From assembly GCA_030064765.1 (NCBI GenBank), contig JASJEG010000001.1, forward strand, positions 1 through 58,669: a stretch of DNA of 58,669 bases, written 5' to 3'. A model generated the notes under the pieces. That model saw only the letters and a list, made by a program, of their open reading frames with translations, was not told the DNA's origin and ran no database searches. This document shows positions 8,825 to 21,448 of this stretch, piece after piece (position 1 is the first letter of the stretch; each line of letters begins with the position of its first letter). The translations under genes and the position numbers were made by a program. The DNA comes from Acidimicrobiia bacterium (GTDB taxonomy: Bacteria > Actinomycetota > Acidimicrobiia > Spongiisociales > UBA5794).

Positions 8825-9982
8825 GTGGATCTGAAGCAAGCCGCCGCCGAGCGATTCGCAGCAGTCGAATCCGAACTGCGCGAGATCTCTCATTGGATGT
8901 ACCGCAACCCCGAGATCGCGTTCGAAGAACACAACACATCTGCCCGGCTGGTTGACTTTCTGCGTAGCAACGGGTTCGAGGTCGAGTACCCGGCTTTTGG
9001 ACTCGATACCGCTTTTGCGGCTCGCGCCGGTACAGAAGGACCCGAAGTCGTCATCTGCGCTGAGTACGACGCCCTGCCCGAAGTCGGTCACGCTTGCGGG
9101 CACAACATCATCGCCGCTGCCGCGCTGGGTGCTGGGGTGGCGCTGGTTGATGCTGCCGCCGCGCTCGGGTTCCGGGTCCGGGTTCAAGGAACGCCGGCGG
9201 AGGAGTCCTATGGCGGCAAGGTGGATCTGATCAACAACGGAGCCTTCGCGGGCGCGGCGCTCTCGATGATGATTCACCCATCGACATCCGATGTAGTCGA
9301 TCCGGCATTCCTCGGAGTTGCCCATGTCGATGTCGAGTTCTTTGGCAAGGAATCGCACGCTGCCTTTGCCCCCCAACTGGGCGTCAACGCGCTCGATGCT
9401 GCGGTGCAGACCTACGTCAACATCTCCACGCTCCGCCAGGCGATGTACCCCACCGACAAGGTGCATGGGGTCATCACGTACGGTGGCGGCGCCCCCAACG
9501 TAATCCCGGCCTATACCGCGATGTCCTGGTACATCCGGGCGGCAACCACGGAGCGGCTCAACGAACTCGAAGCCAAGGTGCTGGCCTGCTTCGAAGCTGC
9601 CGCCAGCGCCACAGGATGCACCTACGAGGTGAAGCCGCTCGGGCACACCTACACCGATCTGATCTCGGATCCGCTGATGGTTGAGCTATACCAGGCCAAC
9701 TCGAGCGGCCTGGGGAGGCCGATGGGTCGCGGCGCCGATCGGGATCCGGCAGCCGCCGGATCCACCGATATGGGCAACGTCAGCCATGAGGTGCCGTCGA
9801 TTCACCCCATGCTCGACATCAAGTGCTTCCCCGCAGTGAATCATCAGAAGGAGTTCGCCGCAGCCACCATTCTGCCCCCCGGCGACCAGGCGATTCGCGA
9901 TGGAGCCATCGCCATGGCAGGGACGGTCATCGACATTGCTGCCGGCAACCGCTGGGACGAACTCCGCAAGATCGAGAATTAG
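8825..9982 (+). CDS. M20/M20D family amidohydrolase
   Basis: AEYDALPEVGHACGHNIIAAAALGAG motif. I prefer the GTG at 8825, which is preceded by GAGGAGG (8812-8818), over the track start at 8759. Confidence 0.85.
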   Translation: MDLKQAAAERFAAVESELREISHWMYRNPEIAFEEHNTSARLVDFLRSNGFEVEYPAFGLDTAFAARAGTEGPEVVICAEYDALPEVGHACGHNIIAAAALGAGVALVDAAAALGFRVRVQGTPAEESYGGKVDLINNGAFAGAALSMMIHPSTSDVVDPAFLGVAHVDVEFFGKESHAAFAPQLGVNALDAAVQTYVNISTLRQAMYPTDKVHGVITYGGGAPNVIPAYTAMSWYIRAATTERLNELEAKVLACFEAAASATGCTYEVKPLGHTYTDLISDPLMVELYQANSSGLGRPMGRGADRDPAAAGSTDMGNVSHEVPSIHPMLDIKCFPAVNHQKEFAAATILPPGDQAIRDGAIAMAGTVIDIAAGNRWDELRKIEN

Positions 9983-9986
9983 ACCA

Positions 9987-10038
9987 CCGTTCTTGCGTAA
10001 CTGACGGCGTATATCGGCCGTGGCTTACGCAAGAACGG
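9987..10038 (+). repeat. Nested-hairpin intergenic repeat, copy 1 (REP-like)
   Basis: CCGTTCTTGCGTAA-CTG-ACGGC-GTATATCG-GCCGT-GGC-TTACGCAAGAACGG. The outer stem is 14 bp and the inner stem 5 bp. It lies between the M20 stop and the ybaK start. Confidence 0.85.
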
Positions 10039-10052
10039 GTGAGAGGTGGGTA

Positions 10053-10526
10053 GTGGCCGCCAAGACCAACGCTATGCGGCTCCTGGAGCAGGCCGGGATC
10101 GAGTTCGAGGTTTGCGAGTACACCCTCTCTATGGACGACTTCAGCGCGGAGCGGGTCGCCGAACTCGTCGGTATGGAGCCCGATCAGGTCTTCAAGACGC
10201 TGGTCGCGATCGGCGATCGCAACGGACCTTGTTTTGCTGTGATCCCGGCAAACACCGACCTCAGCCTCAAGGCGCTGGCAGCGGCGCATGGCGATCGCAA
10301 GGCGCATCTGGCTTCGTTGAAGGAGGTTCTTCCCTTGACCGGCTACGAGAGGGGATCGGTGACCGTGCTGGGAGCAAAGAGGGAGCTACCGGTGTACCTG
10401 GATGAGATCGCCGAGATCTTCGACGAAATCGCCGTTTCCGGAGGGACCAAGGGCATTCAACTCGTGTTGAAGCCACAGGACTACATCGCCTTCACCAACG
10501 CAACTATCGCCGCCATCGGGATCTAG
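10053..10526 (+). CDS. ybaK: Cys-tRNA(Pro)/Cys-tRNA(Cys) deacylase
   Basis: AAKTNAMRLLEQAGIEFEVCEY...GYERGSVTVLG... YbaK pattern. The GTG at 10053 is preceded by GAGAGGTGG. The track start at 10020 lies inside repeat copy 1. Confidence 0.85.
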   Translation: MAAKTNAMRLLEQAGIEFEVCEYTLSMDDFSAERVAELVGMEPDQVFKTLVAIGDRNGPCFAVIPANTDLSLKALAAAHGDRKAHLASLKEVLPLTGYERGSVTVLGAKRELPVYLDEIAEIFDEIAVSGGTKGIQLVLKPQDYIAFTNATIAAIGI

Positions 10527-10576
10527 CCGTTCTTGCGGATCTCAGCGTCCATATGGACGCTCATGTACGCAAGAAC
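10527..10576 (+). repeat. Nested-hairpin intergenic repeat, copy 2 (REP-like)
   Basis: CCGTTCTTGCG-GATCTC-AGCGTCC-ATAT-GGACGCT-CATGTA-CGCAAGAAC. It has the same outer arms as copy 1 and a different but complementary 7-bp inner stem. It starts on the nucleotide after the ybaK stop. Confidence 0.85.
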
Positions 10577-10591
10577 AAAGAGTCGCCCTGG

Positions 10592-10617
10592 TTCGCTCGA
10601 GGCCTGCCTCGAGCGAA
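10592..10617. terminator. Perfect 11-bp hairpin between convergent ybaK and the ABC ATPase gene
   Basis: TTCGCTCGAGG-CCTG-CCTCGAGCGAA. On the minus strand it sits 5 nt after the ATPase stop and is followed by a U-rich stretch (CUCUUUGUUCUU). Confidence 0.5.
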
Positions 10618-10622
10618 ATCCT

Positions 10623-11369
<747 letters not shown>

Positions 11370-11389
11370 GGTTACTCCTGACTCAAATC

Positions 11390-13192
11390 TCAGCGCTTGC
11401 CGACGCCCAACCGCTCCTCGAGCTGCAAGCTGATCCGGGAGAAAATGAAGGTGAAGATCCAGTAGAACACTGCCACCGCCAGCAGCGACTCCCGCAGCGA
11501 ACCGAGGAAGTTATAGGGCTGGGTCTGGGTTGGAATGATGTCGCGGCCGATCTTAAGGATGTCGAACAAGCCGACGATCGCCACCAGCGAGGTGTCCTTG
11601 AAGATAGCGATCACCTGTCCGACGAGGGCGGGAATAACGGCTCGCAGTGCCTGCGGCAGGGTGATGAACACGGTCCGTTGCAGCGTCGTCATCCCAAGTG
11701 CGTTGGCGGCCTCGGTTTGACCCTTGGAAATGGCCTGCAGACCACCCCGCACGTTCTCAGCAAGATAAGCGGCGGAGAAGAACGCAATGAACAGAGTGAC
11801 CTTGGCCGGGGCAACGAAGTTGACCCCCAGCGGGAAGAGGATCGGGAAGACGACAATCGAGACGAGCAACCAGGTGATCAGCGGAACGCCCCTGACAAGC
11901 TCGATGTAGATGGTCGAAAGCAGCCGGAAGATCGGCATGGTCGATGTGCGACCCAGCGCGAGCACGACGCCCATCGGGAACGAGAGTGCGATACCGCCGA
12001 TGGCCAGAATCCACGTCAGGAAGAACCCGCCGAAGACGGTCTCGTTCGAGGTTTGCACGAGGCTTACACCGGTTGCCAGCAGCATCATGTAGACCGTGAT
12101 GACCACCGCGCCGACCCACACCCCCACGTAGCGGATCCTGGTCGCTCTCTCCCCGCCGGCGAATGTTGGCCCACCTAGTGCAAACAGCGCCAGCAACAAC
12201 AACATCAATCGAATCAGGATGAGCGCCGAAACCACCCACGATGCGATGGCGATCACCAACAGCAGACCTGCCAGACCACGGCCAAGTTCACCGCGAGCCG
12301 GATCAGCCAGGAACCAGATGATCAAGCTGCCGACGGCAGCAAAGGCCACTCCAATCGTGAGGTATTGACCGACATTCTGGAACTCGACACCGCGTGCTAG
12401 GTGCAGCACGATGATCGGGAATGCCATCGTCCACAACACGACCAGGGCGAGTCGGCCGGCTCGCTCCGGGATGACTCTGCGCAGGAACAAGCCCAGGAAG
12501 TATGAAGCGATAGTGACCAGATAGAGAATGGTCCACGGCCCGCTTGTCGTGGTGGCGATGCCGGCGAGCTGTGACTCACCGACGCCGCCCTCCGGATCGG
12601 GAACCGGTACCTGGATCAACCAGAGGGCCGCAACCGCCACACCGGCGAGGATGGCCGCAATCAGCAGTACGGGCACCGTCGCCTCTTTGGCGCGCTCGCC
12701 CAGCAGCCTGACGGCTCCAAGGCCGGCAACAATGAGGACGCCGCCGATTATCAACCCAAACACCCGGGCATTGGTCTCGAACGGAGCAACGAGGACTACG
12801 AACACTACGAAGCCACCCGCAGCGGCAACGGCGCGACCAACCTTGCGGGGCTCCGCCTTGCCGCCGGCGTGCCAGAAGGCCAGTGACAAGCCGAGCAACA
12901 CGAAGATGATCCCGAGCGCCAGCCACAGCCGCCAGGATGCTTCCTGTGGATAGGCCTGGACCATCAACAATCGCATGTTGGTGGTGATGGCTTCCCACTT
13001 GCGTTCGTCGGCGAGGATGAATCCGACCATGCCGCGAATGAAGAGCACCGCTATCAACAAGCCCAGCAAAGTCAGAATTGTGCTCGAGACGGAGTAGAAC
13101 AGGTTGTCCTTCATCCAGACAACAGGGCCCTTCGGAGGTGGCTCCGGAGCAAGCTCTTCGATCTCGGGCAGGATGATCTTCTTCTCAGCCAT
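11390..13192 (-). CDS. Amino-acid ABC transporter permease with long N-terminal multi-TM extension (AapM-like)
   Basis: The C-terminal ~220 aa form a His/Glu/Gln/Arg-type permease core ([16 protein letters not shown]...). It is preceded by ~370 aa of extra TM helices. Confidence 0.85.
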   Translation of the reverse strand: MAEKKIILPEIEELAPEPPPKGPVVWMKDNLFYSVSSTILTLLGLLIAVLFIRGMVGFILADERKWEAITTNMRLLMVQAYPQEASWRLWLALGIIFVLLGLSLAFWHAGGKAEPRKVGRAVAAAGGFVVFVVLVAPFETNARVFGLIIGGVLIVAGLGAVRLLGERAKEATVPVLLIAAILAGVAVAALWLIQVPVPDPEGGVGESQLAGIATTTSGPWTILYLVTIASYFLGLFLRRVIPERAGRLALVVLWTMAFPIIVLHLARGVEFQNVGQYLTIGVAFAAVGSLIIWFLADPARGELGRGLAGLLLVIAIASWVVSALILIRLMLLLLALFALGGPTFAGGERATRIRYVGVWVGAVVITVYMMLLATGVSLVQTSNETVFGGFFLTWILAIGGIALSFPMGVVLALGRTSTMPIFRLLSTIYIELVRGVPLITWLLVSIVVFPILFPLGVNFVAPAKVTLFIAFFSAAYLAENVRGGLQAISKGQTEAANALGMTTLQRTVFITLPQALRAVIPALVGQVIAIFKDTSLVAIVGLFDILKIGRDIIPTQTQPYNFLGSLRESLLAVAVFYWIFTFIFSRISLQLEERLGVGKR

Positions 13193-14707
13193 CTACCGCT
13201 CCACCAGTTTCAGTCTGCGATTGAAGTAGTTGACGATCGACGACAGCACAAGACTTCCGGTGAGGAAGAAGGCCATCCACAGGATCACAACCGGGAACGT
13301 CTGTCCAGTCTGGTTGTAGATCGTCTGCCCTACCTGGACTATGTCAGGGAAGGCCACGGCGATACCCAGCGAGGTGTTCTTGAAGAGGTTGAGGTACTGG
13401 TTCCCGATAGGCGGCAACACGATCCGGAACGCTTGGGGAAGCACAACGAAGCGGAGCAGCTGGGCTCGGGTCAGCCCCACGGCCAGACCGGCCTCGGACT
13501 GCCCCTTGTTGACGGCCAGGATTCCGCCACGAACGATCTCAGCAATGAACGCTGCGGTGTAGAGCGTGACGCCGACCCACAGGGCAAAGAACCCAGGCGT
13601 AATCACCAACGCCTGATCCGACAGCTGGGCGAACCCGCCCGTCCCCCGCAGTTCGACCGCCGGCGTCGTATATGTGAGCGGCGCAACCGATTCGCCCGAG
13701 AACTTGGCCCCGAGGAAGTTGAAGAAGGCCTCGACCATGTTGAGGATGGTTTGCGAGATCCCCGGCAGGAATACGAAGAGCGCAGCGCCGATTAGCGCCA
13801 TCAATCCAACAAAGATCATGCGGAACCAGTCGTCATCCGTCAGCTTGGCGAGCCCTGCGGGCGTCCGCATGCTTTCGAGGAACCGCCTGATCCAGAGGGT
13901 TCCGGCGAGTACCGCCACCGCGGCCAGCAAGATCTGAACCAGCACTCTCGGGATGGCACCGAAGAAGCTAGAGATACCGTCGAATATCGGGCCCCAGAAG
14001 GCCATCACAGGATGGATGAACCAGCCGATGACGGCGATAGCAACAAACGCAACAACCGACCACCAGAACGCATAGGTCTCCCCACCACGCTCTTCTTTGA
14101 GCCGGGACAATCGGAAATAGACGAACCCGGCCACGACCGCCCCGATTATCAAGAAGACGAGCCATTGATAGAAACCGCCGGCGGGGAACAACCAGGGTAT
14201 CGATACGCCCTTGGCGGTCACAAGGAACAAGCTCTCCCCAACAGAATCCTCATCGAGCGCCGGGAAGATCTGGATCACTGCGAGCCAGAAGAGGATCTGA
14301 ACCAGGAGCGGAATGTTGCGAATCGTCTCGATGTAGACCGTGGCGATCTTGTTGACGATCCAGTTGTGCGAGAGGCGGGCGACACCGATGATCGTGCCGA
14401 GAATGGTCGCTGCCAAGATCCCAGAGATCGACACTCGCAGTGTGTTCACGATGCCGGCATACAGAGCCCGAGCACCGCTATCGGGCTGCAGGTCGATACC
14501 TTCTCTGATAGAGATGAGTGGCGGATCGTCGAGCCATTTGGTACCAAAGGTGATGCCGCGGTCTTCGATATTGGTGGCGGCCTGGGCCCGCAGAGTGAGG
14601 ATGACGATCGCCAAGAACGCGACCAGCACCAGCTGTGCCGCCCACTTGAGGACGGTTGCATTGCGCCAGAACGGCGGACGCTCATGCGTCGCAACTGTCA
14701 CTGCCAC
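13193..14707 (-). CDS. Amino-acid ABC transporter permease (AapQ-like, extended)
   Basis: Permease core (AAFIAEIVRGGILAVNKGQSEAG...LPPIGNQYLNLFKNTSL). Its stop abuts the start of the downstream permease gene. Confidence 0.85.
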   Translation of the reverse strand: MAVTVATHERPPFWRNATVLKWAAQLVLVAFLAIVILTLRAQAATNIEDRGITFGTKWLDDPPLISIREGIDLQPDSGARALYAGIVNTLRVSISGILAATILGTIIGVARLSHNWIVNKIATVYIETIRNIPLLVQILFWLAVIQIFPALDEDSVGESLFLVTAKGVSIPWLFPAGGFYQWLVFLIIGAVVAGFVYFRLSRLKEERGGETYAFWWSVVAFVAIAVIGWFIHPVMAFWGPIFDGISSFFGAIPRVLVQILLAAVAVLAGTLWIRRFLESMRTPAGLAKLTDDDWFRMIFVGLMALIGAALFVFLPGISQTILNMVEAFFNFLGAKFSGESVAPLTYTTPAVELRGTGGFAQLSDQALVITPGFFALWVGVTLYTAAFIAEIVRGGILAVNKGQSEAGLAVGLTRAQLLRFVVLPQAFRIVLPPIGNQYLNLFKNTSLGIAVAFPDIVQVGQTIYNQTGQTFPVVILWMAFFLTGSLVLSSIVNYFNRRLKLVER

Positions 14708-14816
14708 GCCTTGACTCCCTCAGTTCTCCCTAACGTGTTCGTCGACCATAGTCGCCTATACCTGCTGATTGCCAACGCCAAATCCCGACAGCTGGTCACC
14801 GCAACGCCGCGGGCGG

Positions 14817-14857
14817 AAAAGAAAAGCGGAGAGGCGCCGCAAGGGCGCCCCTCCGCT
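14817..14857 (-). terminator. Intra-operon hairpin/attenuator after the substrate-binding protein gene
   Basis: Minus-strand stem AGCGGAGGGGCGCC / GGCGCCUCUCCGCU pairs at 13 of 14 positions and is followed by UUUUCUUUU. It lies 20 nt after the SBP stop. Confidence 0.6.
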
Positions 14858-14876
14858 GACTTCGTAGCGAGTCGAT

Positions 14877-16031
14877 CTAGCGAGCAGGCGGTGCGTAAAT
14901 CATGCCGCCTTCGTTGAACGGAGCGTTCAACGTACCCTCGCGGAAGATGTCGAGCGGGTTGAGGTTACGAGCGAAGATCTCGTCGTAGTTTCCAACCTGC
15001 TTGACCATCTGGTAGAAGGCGTCGGCATTGAGACCCATAGCGGTCTGTACCTCACCCTCGCCGCCGAACAGGCGGGTCGCCTCGGGATCGACGTCCTTTT
15101 GCTCGTCGATGTTGGCCGAGGTAACGCCCTTCTCGTCAGCGATGATCGTCGCATAGACGACCCAGGTGATGATGTCGCCCCACTCGGAGTCGTTCTGGCG
15201 GAACGCCGGACCGAGTGGCTCCTTGGAGATCGGAGCCGTCGGGAAGACGACCCACTCACCCGGCTGGATCTCACCTTCGCGCTCCTTCGTGACCTTGTTG
15301 GCCACAAGACCGGAACCGTCGGTGGTTACCAGGTCGCACTGACCGGCGATGAACTTCTCGAGAGCCTCAGGGAACTGCTCAACGGTCTCGAGACCGATGG
15401 TCGCTCCGCCGATCTTGGCCCACTCGGTGATGTTCTTCTCGGTGGTGGTACCGGCGTTGGTGCAGAGGATGGCGCCGTCGACGTCGGCCGGACCGGAGTC
15501 CGCCGAGAACCTCGATGACAGACCCATCAGCTGCTGGCCGTCGTAGTACGTGGTCGGTGCGAAGTCGATGTTCACACCGCCCTCACCCGAAGCGTCACGG
15601 CTCTGGGTGTACGTGGTGTTACGGACGAGAACATCGATCTCGCCGGCTTTGAGAACGTCGAAGCGCTCGGCTGCGGTCAGCGGCCGGAACTCGACTGCGT
15701 TGGCATCGCCGAGAACCGCTGCTGCGATCGCACGACAGTAGTCGGCGTCGAAGCCGATAGCCGTACCGTCAGGCTGGGTCTCGGAGAAGCCGGGCAACGA
15801 GCCGCTCACGCCACACTTGAGTGTGCCACGCTGCTGGACTGCGGCCAGTGTCCCGCCCTCTGCGGCCTGACCGGCGTCGCCGCCGCCGTCGTCGCTAGCA
15901 GCGGTGGTGGCCGTTGTGTCATCAGTCGTTGCGGCGGTGGTGCTGGTGGTGTCTTCGGACTCCGAACTACCACCACAAGCCGCAGCAACCATCGCAAGTA
16001 CTGCTAGCAGTACTGCAAGTCGCTTGATCAT
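14877..16031 (-). CDS. Amino-acid ABC transporter substrate-binding lipoprotein (AapJ-like)
   Basis: Lipobox LAMVAAACGG, a Thr/Ala/Asp linker, then a family-3 SBP body (GTLKCGVSGSLPGFSE...). Confidence 0.9.
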   Translation of the reverse strand: MIKRLAVLLAVLAMVAAACGGSSESEDTTSTTAATTDDTTATTAASDDGGGDAGQAAEGGTLAAVQQRGTLKCGVSGSLPGFSETQPDGTAIGFDADYCRAIAAAVLGDANAVEFRPLTAAERFDVLKAGEIDVLVRNTTYTQSRDASGEGGVNIDFAPTTYYDGQQLMGLSSRFSADSGPADVDGAILCTNAGTTTEKNITEWAKIGGATIGLETVEQFPEALEKFIAGQCDLVTTDGSGLVANKVTKEREGEIQPGEWVVFPTAPISKEPLGPAFRQNDSEWGDIITWVVYATIIADEKGVTSANIDEQKDVDPEATRLFGGEGEVQTAMGLNADAFYQMVKQVGNYDEIFARNLNPLDIFREGTLNAPFNEGGMIYAPPAR

Positions 16032-16178
16032 GGAGTGCCCTCCCTAATTGGTTTTTCCTTGCGAAATGCACATCCTGGGGGGATGCGTGTGTGCGAACAT
16101 AGCGGCGCTGGGCGGTGCGCGCCAACGGTTCCTGGAAATGACACCCATGGCGAAGTGCGCAAACGCCTGCGGTCTGGT

Positions 16179-16703
16179 TCAGATTCCCTGAGCGTGGAAG
16201 AAGATTCGCCGGTCGCGTGCCTGGTCCAACTCGGCGTAGAGAATCCGCTGCCACTGCCCGAGAAGCAACTCACCGTCCACGACGGGCACGGTCACCGAAG
16301 GTTGGCCCACCAGCATCTGCCGGCAATGGGCATGCCCGTTGATGAACTCATCTTCCTGGAGATTCTCCGTGCGCACTGCATGGTCGTCATGCTCGTAGTA
16401 GACATCCTCGGGAACCACTGCGCTGATGAGCCGGCGGAAGTCGTTGAGGAACCCGGTTTCGGATTCGTTGATCACGACGGTGGTGGTTGTGTGCGGGCTG
16501 TAAACGGTTACCTGGCCGTGGCGGACTCCCGAGCGGGCGACAACTTCGCGCGCCAAGTCTGTGACATCCCAGAACTCGAGGGGCTGGGTGGAGGAGAAGT
16601 GCAGCGCCTCGGTACGAATCGCAGGGCTCTTGGATTCAGCTAATACGGTCAACGAACCCGCAGGGCGGCGGGTCGCTTGCCTCGTTGGAGTTTGTTCATT
16701 CAA
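16179..16703 (-). CDS. YjbQ/UPF0047 family protein (secondary thiamine-phosphate synthase-like)
   Basis: VYSPHTTTTVVINE...NGHAHCRQMLVGQSVTVPVVDGELLLGQWQRILYAELD pattern. Confidence 0.8.
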   Translation of the reverse strand: MNEQTPTRQATRRPAGSLTVLAESKSPAIRTEALHFSSTQPLEFWDVTDLAREVVARSGVRHGQVTVYSPHTTTTVVINESETGFLNDFRRLISAVVPEDVYYEHDDHAVRTENLQEDEFINGHAHCRQMLVGQPSVTVPVVDGELLLGQWQRILYAELDQARDRRIFFHAQGI

Positions 16704-16780
16704 GGGTGATCTGCTCCGAATGGCTCGAGCGCCAGAACGATACTCGGCGAGCGAGACTAGTTGATACGTTTGACCCGTCG

Positions 16781-17422
16781 CTAGTCGGTTGCGCTGAGGC
16801 CCGTTTTGAGGAATGCAACTCGCGAGCGGAGCACGGTCTCGGCCCGCTCCGGGCCCCGGACCGACAGCTCATCGATACCACCGACGACATGGTCGGCGAT
16901 GATGCGGCCCAGCGAGACTGGATCGACGTCAGGGAACTCGCCGGAAGCCACGCCCTCGCGACATAGTCGTTCCACCTCCTGGCGTACCCGGTCGAAGACC
17001 GACCAGGCTGCGTCGCGCTCCGGCTTGGGCAACTCCCGGCTCACCCGAAAAAGCAGCGTCGCCTCGTCGGGATACTCCAGAACGAATCGGAGGGATCTCT
17101 CCAGGATCTTGGCGATACGGTCGCGCGCGCTCCCTGCCGGAAGATCGGCGAGCACCTGATCGACAATTGGTGGGAGCCTGTCGTTGATCAGGGCCGCAAG
17201 CACCGACTCCTTGTTTGGGAAGTACTCGTAGACGGTGGTCCGGGCAATCCCCGCCGTGTCGGCCAGAATCCCGATCGAGGTACCCGCGAGCCCGTAAGCG
17301 ACGAAGGCCTCTACCCCCGCCTCGAGCAAAGCATTGCGCGTGAGTGTCTTGTGCTCGTCGATGGTGGGAGCATTGATCTTCGGCATCGCGAGGAATTGTA
17401 CGGCTCGGTTCTCTTCCCACAT
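16781..17422 (-). CDS. TetR/AcrR family transcriptional regulator
   Basis: HTH: RNALLEAGVEAFVAYGLAGTSIGILADTAGIARTTVYEYFPNKESVL. The start could also be the ATG at 17384-17386. Confidence 0.85.
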   Translation of the reverse strand: MWEENRAVQFLAMPKINAPTIDEHKTLTRNALLEAGVEAFVAYGLAGTSIGILADTAGIARTTVYEYFPNKESVLAALINDRLPPIVDQVLADLPAGSARDRIAKILERSLRFVLEYPDEATLLFRVSRELPKPERDAAWSVFDRVRQEVERLCREGVASGEFPDVDPVSLGRIIADHVVGGIDELSVRGPERAETVLRSRVAFLKTGLSATD

Positions 17423-17433
17423 CTTTCCTGTAG

Positions 17434-20050
<2,617 letters not shown>

Positions 20051-20054
<4 letters not shown>

Positions 20055-21349
20055 TCCCCCGCTACTCACTACCCGAGATGAGCCGGATCTGGAGCGAGGC
20101 CCGCAAGCTCGAGGTGTGGAAAGAGGTCGAGACACTCGTGGTCGAGGCCTGGGCGCAAGCCGGGGTCGCTCCGGCCGACGCGGCCACAGCTTTGCGCGCT
20201 GCACCCGAGGTCGACCCGGTGGAGTGGAAGACGCGGGAAGAGACCACCAATCATGACGTGGCAGCATTCGTTGATGTCCTTGCGGCATCGCTCGCAACCG
20301 GCGGAGAGTGGGTGCACTACGGACTCACCTCCTCGGACATGCTCGACACCGCCCAAGGTCGGATTCTCAAGGACGCAGCGGAGTTGCTGCAGCAGCGCCT
20401 AGATGACTTGCTGCGTGTTGTCATCCGCCGGGCTGTCGAGCATCGCGACACGGTGATGATCGGGCGCACCCACGGCATCTGGGCGGAGCCAACGACGTTT
20501 GGACTCAAACTGGCGACTTGGGCTTTCGAGATCGACCGTGATCGGACCCGGCTGCGGGCTGCGACATCGTCGATAGCCGTGGGCAAGATCTCTGGTGCCG
20601 TCGGCACCTACGCCCACACGCCGCCGAATATCGAAGCCTATGTGTGCGACCGGCTCGGTCTGGCTGTAGAACCAGCGTCATCTCAGATAACTCACCGCGA
20701 TCGTCACGCCGAGTTTCTGGCCACGCTGGCACTGGTTGGGTCATCCCTCGAGCGCTTTGCTACGGAGATCCGTCATCTGCAGCGATCCGAGGTGGGTGAA
20801 GCCCGCGAGTCATTCGGCAAGGGCCAGAAGGGCTCGTCGGCGATGCCGCACAAGCGGAACCCGATCGCATCCGAGAACGTCACGGGCCTGGCTCGTCTAC
20901 TGCGGTCTTATGCGTCGGCCGGGTTTGAGAACGTCGCACTCTGGCACGAGCGGGACATATCGCACTCGTCGGCAGAGCGGGTGGCGCTGCCGGACGCATG
21001 TTTGATTCTGGACTTTGCGCTGGTTCGGATGACCACGCTGATCGACAACCTCGTCGTCGACCAAGCTCGCATGTTGTCCAACCTCGAGGCGACCCGCGGA
21101 CTCGTATTCTCCCAGGCAGTGCTGCTGGCGATCATCGAGGAACAAGGCCTATCTCGTGACGAGGCATATCGAATCGTGCAACGCAATGCGCTGCGCGCTT
21201 GGGACGAAGGCCTTCCGTTGCGCGACCTCCTCGCCGAAGACATCGACGTCGCACTGCACCCTGACGTGCTCGACCGGTGCTTCAGCCCAGAGCATTTCCT
21301 CCGCCACAGCGGCGTCATCTTCGACCGGCTCGAGCAGATCGAGATCTAG
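20051..21349 (+). CDS. purB: Adenylosuccinate lyase
   Basis: RYSLPEM...TSSD...GSSAMPHKRNP signature. ATGA overlap with the purD stop. Confidence 0.95.
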
Positions 21350-21371
21350 CCACGGCAACGACCGTTCCCTA

Positions 21372-21424
21372 CCCTTCTTGCGTAAATCACGGCGTATTTC
21401 GGCCGCCAGTTACGCAAGAACGGG
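21372..21424 (+). repeat. Nested-hairpin intergenic repeat, copy 3 (REP-like)
   Basis: CCCTTCTTGCGTAA-ATC-ACGGC-GTATTTCG-GCCGC-CAG-TTACGCAAGAACGGG. By hand alignment 44 of 52 positions match copy 1. It lies between the convergent purB and ABC permease genes. Confidence 0.85.
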
Positions 21425-21448
21425 CGGGGATACGTCGCCCCGACCCGG

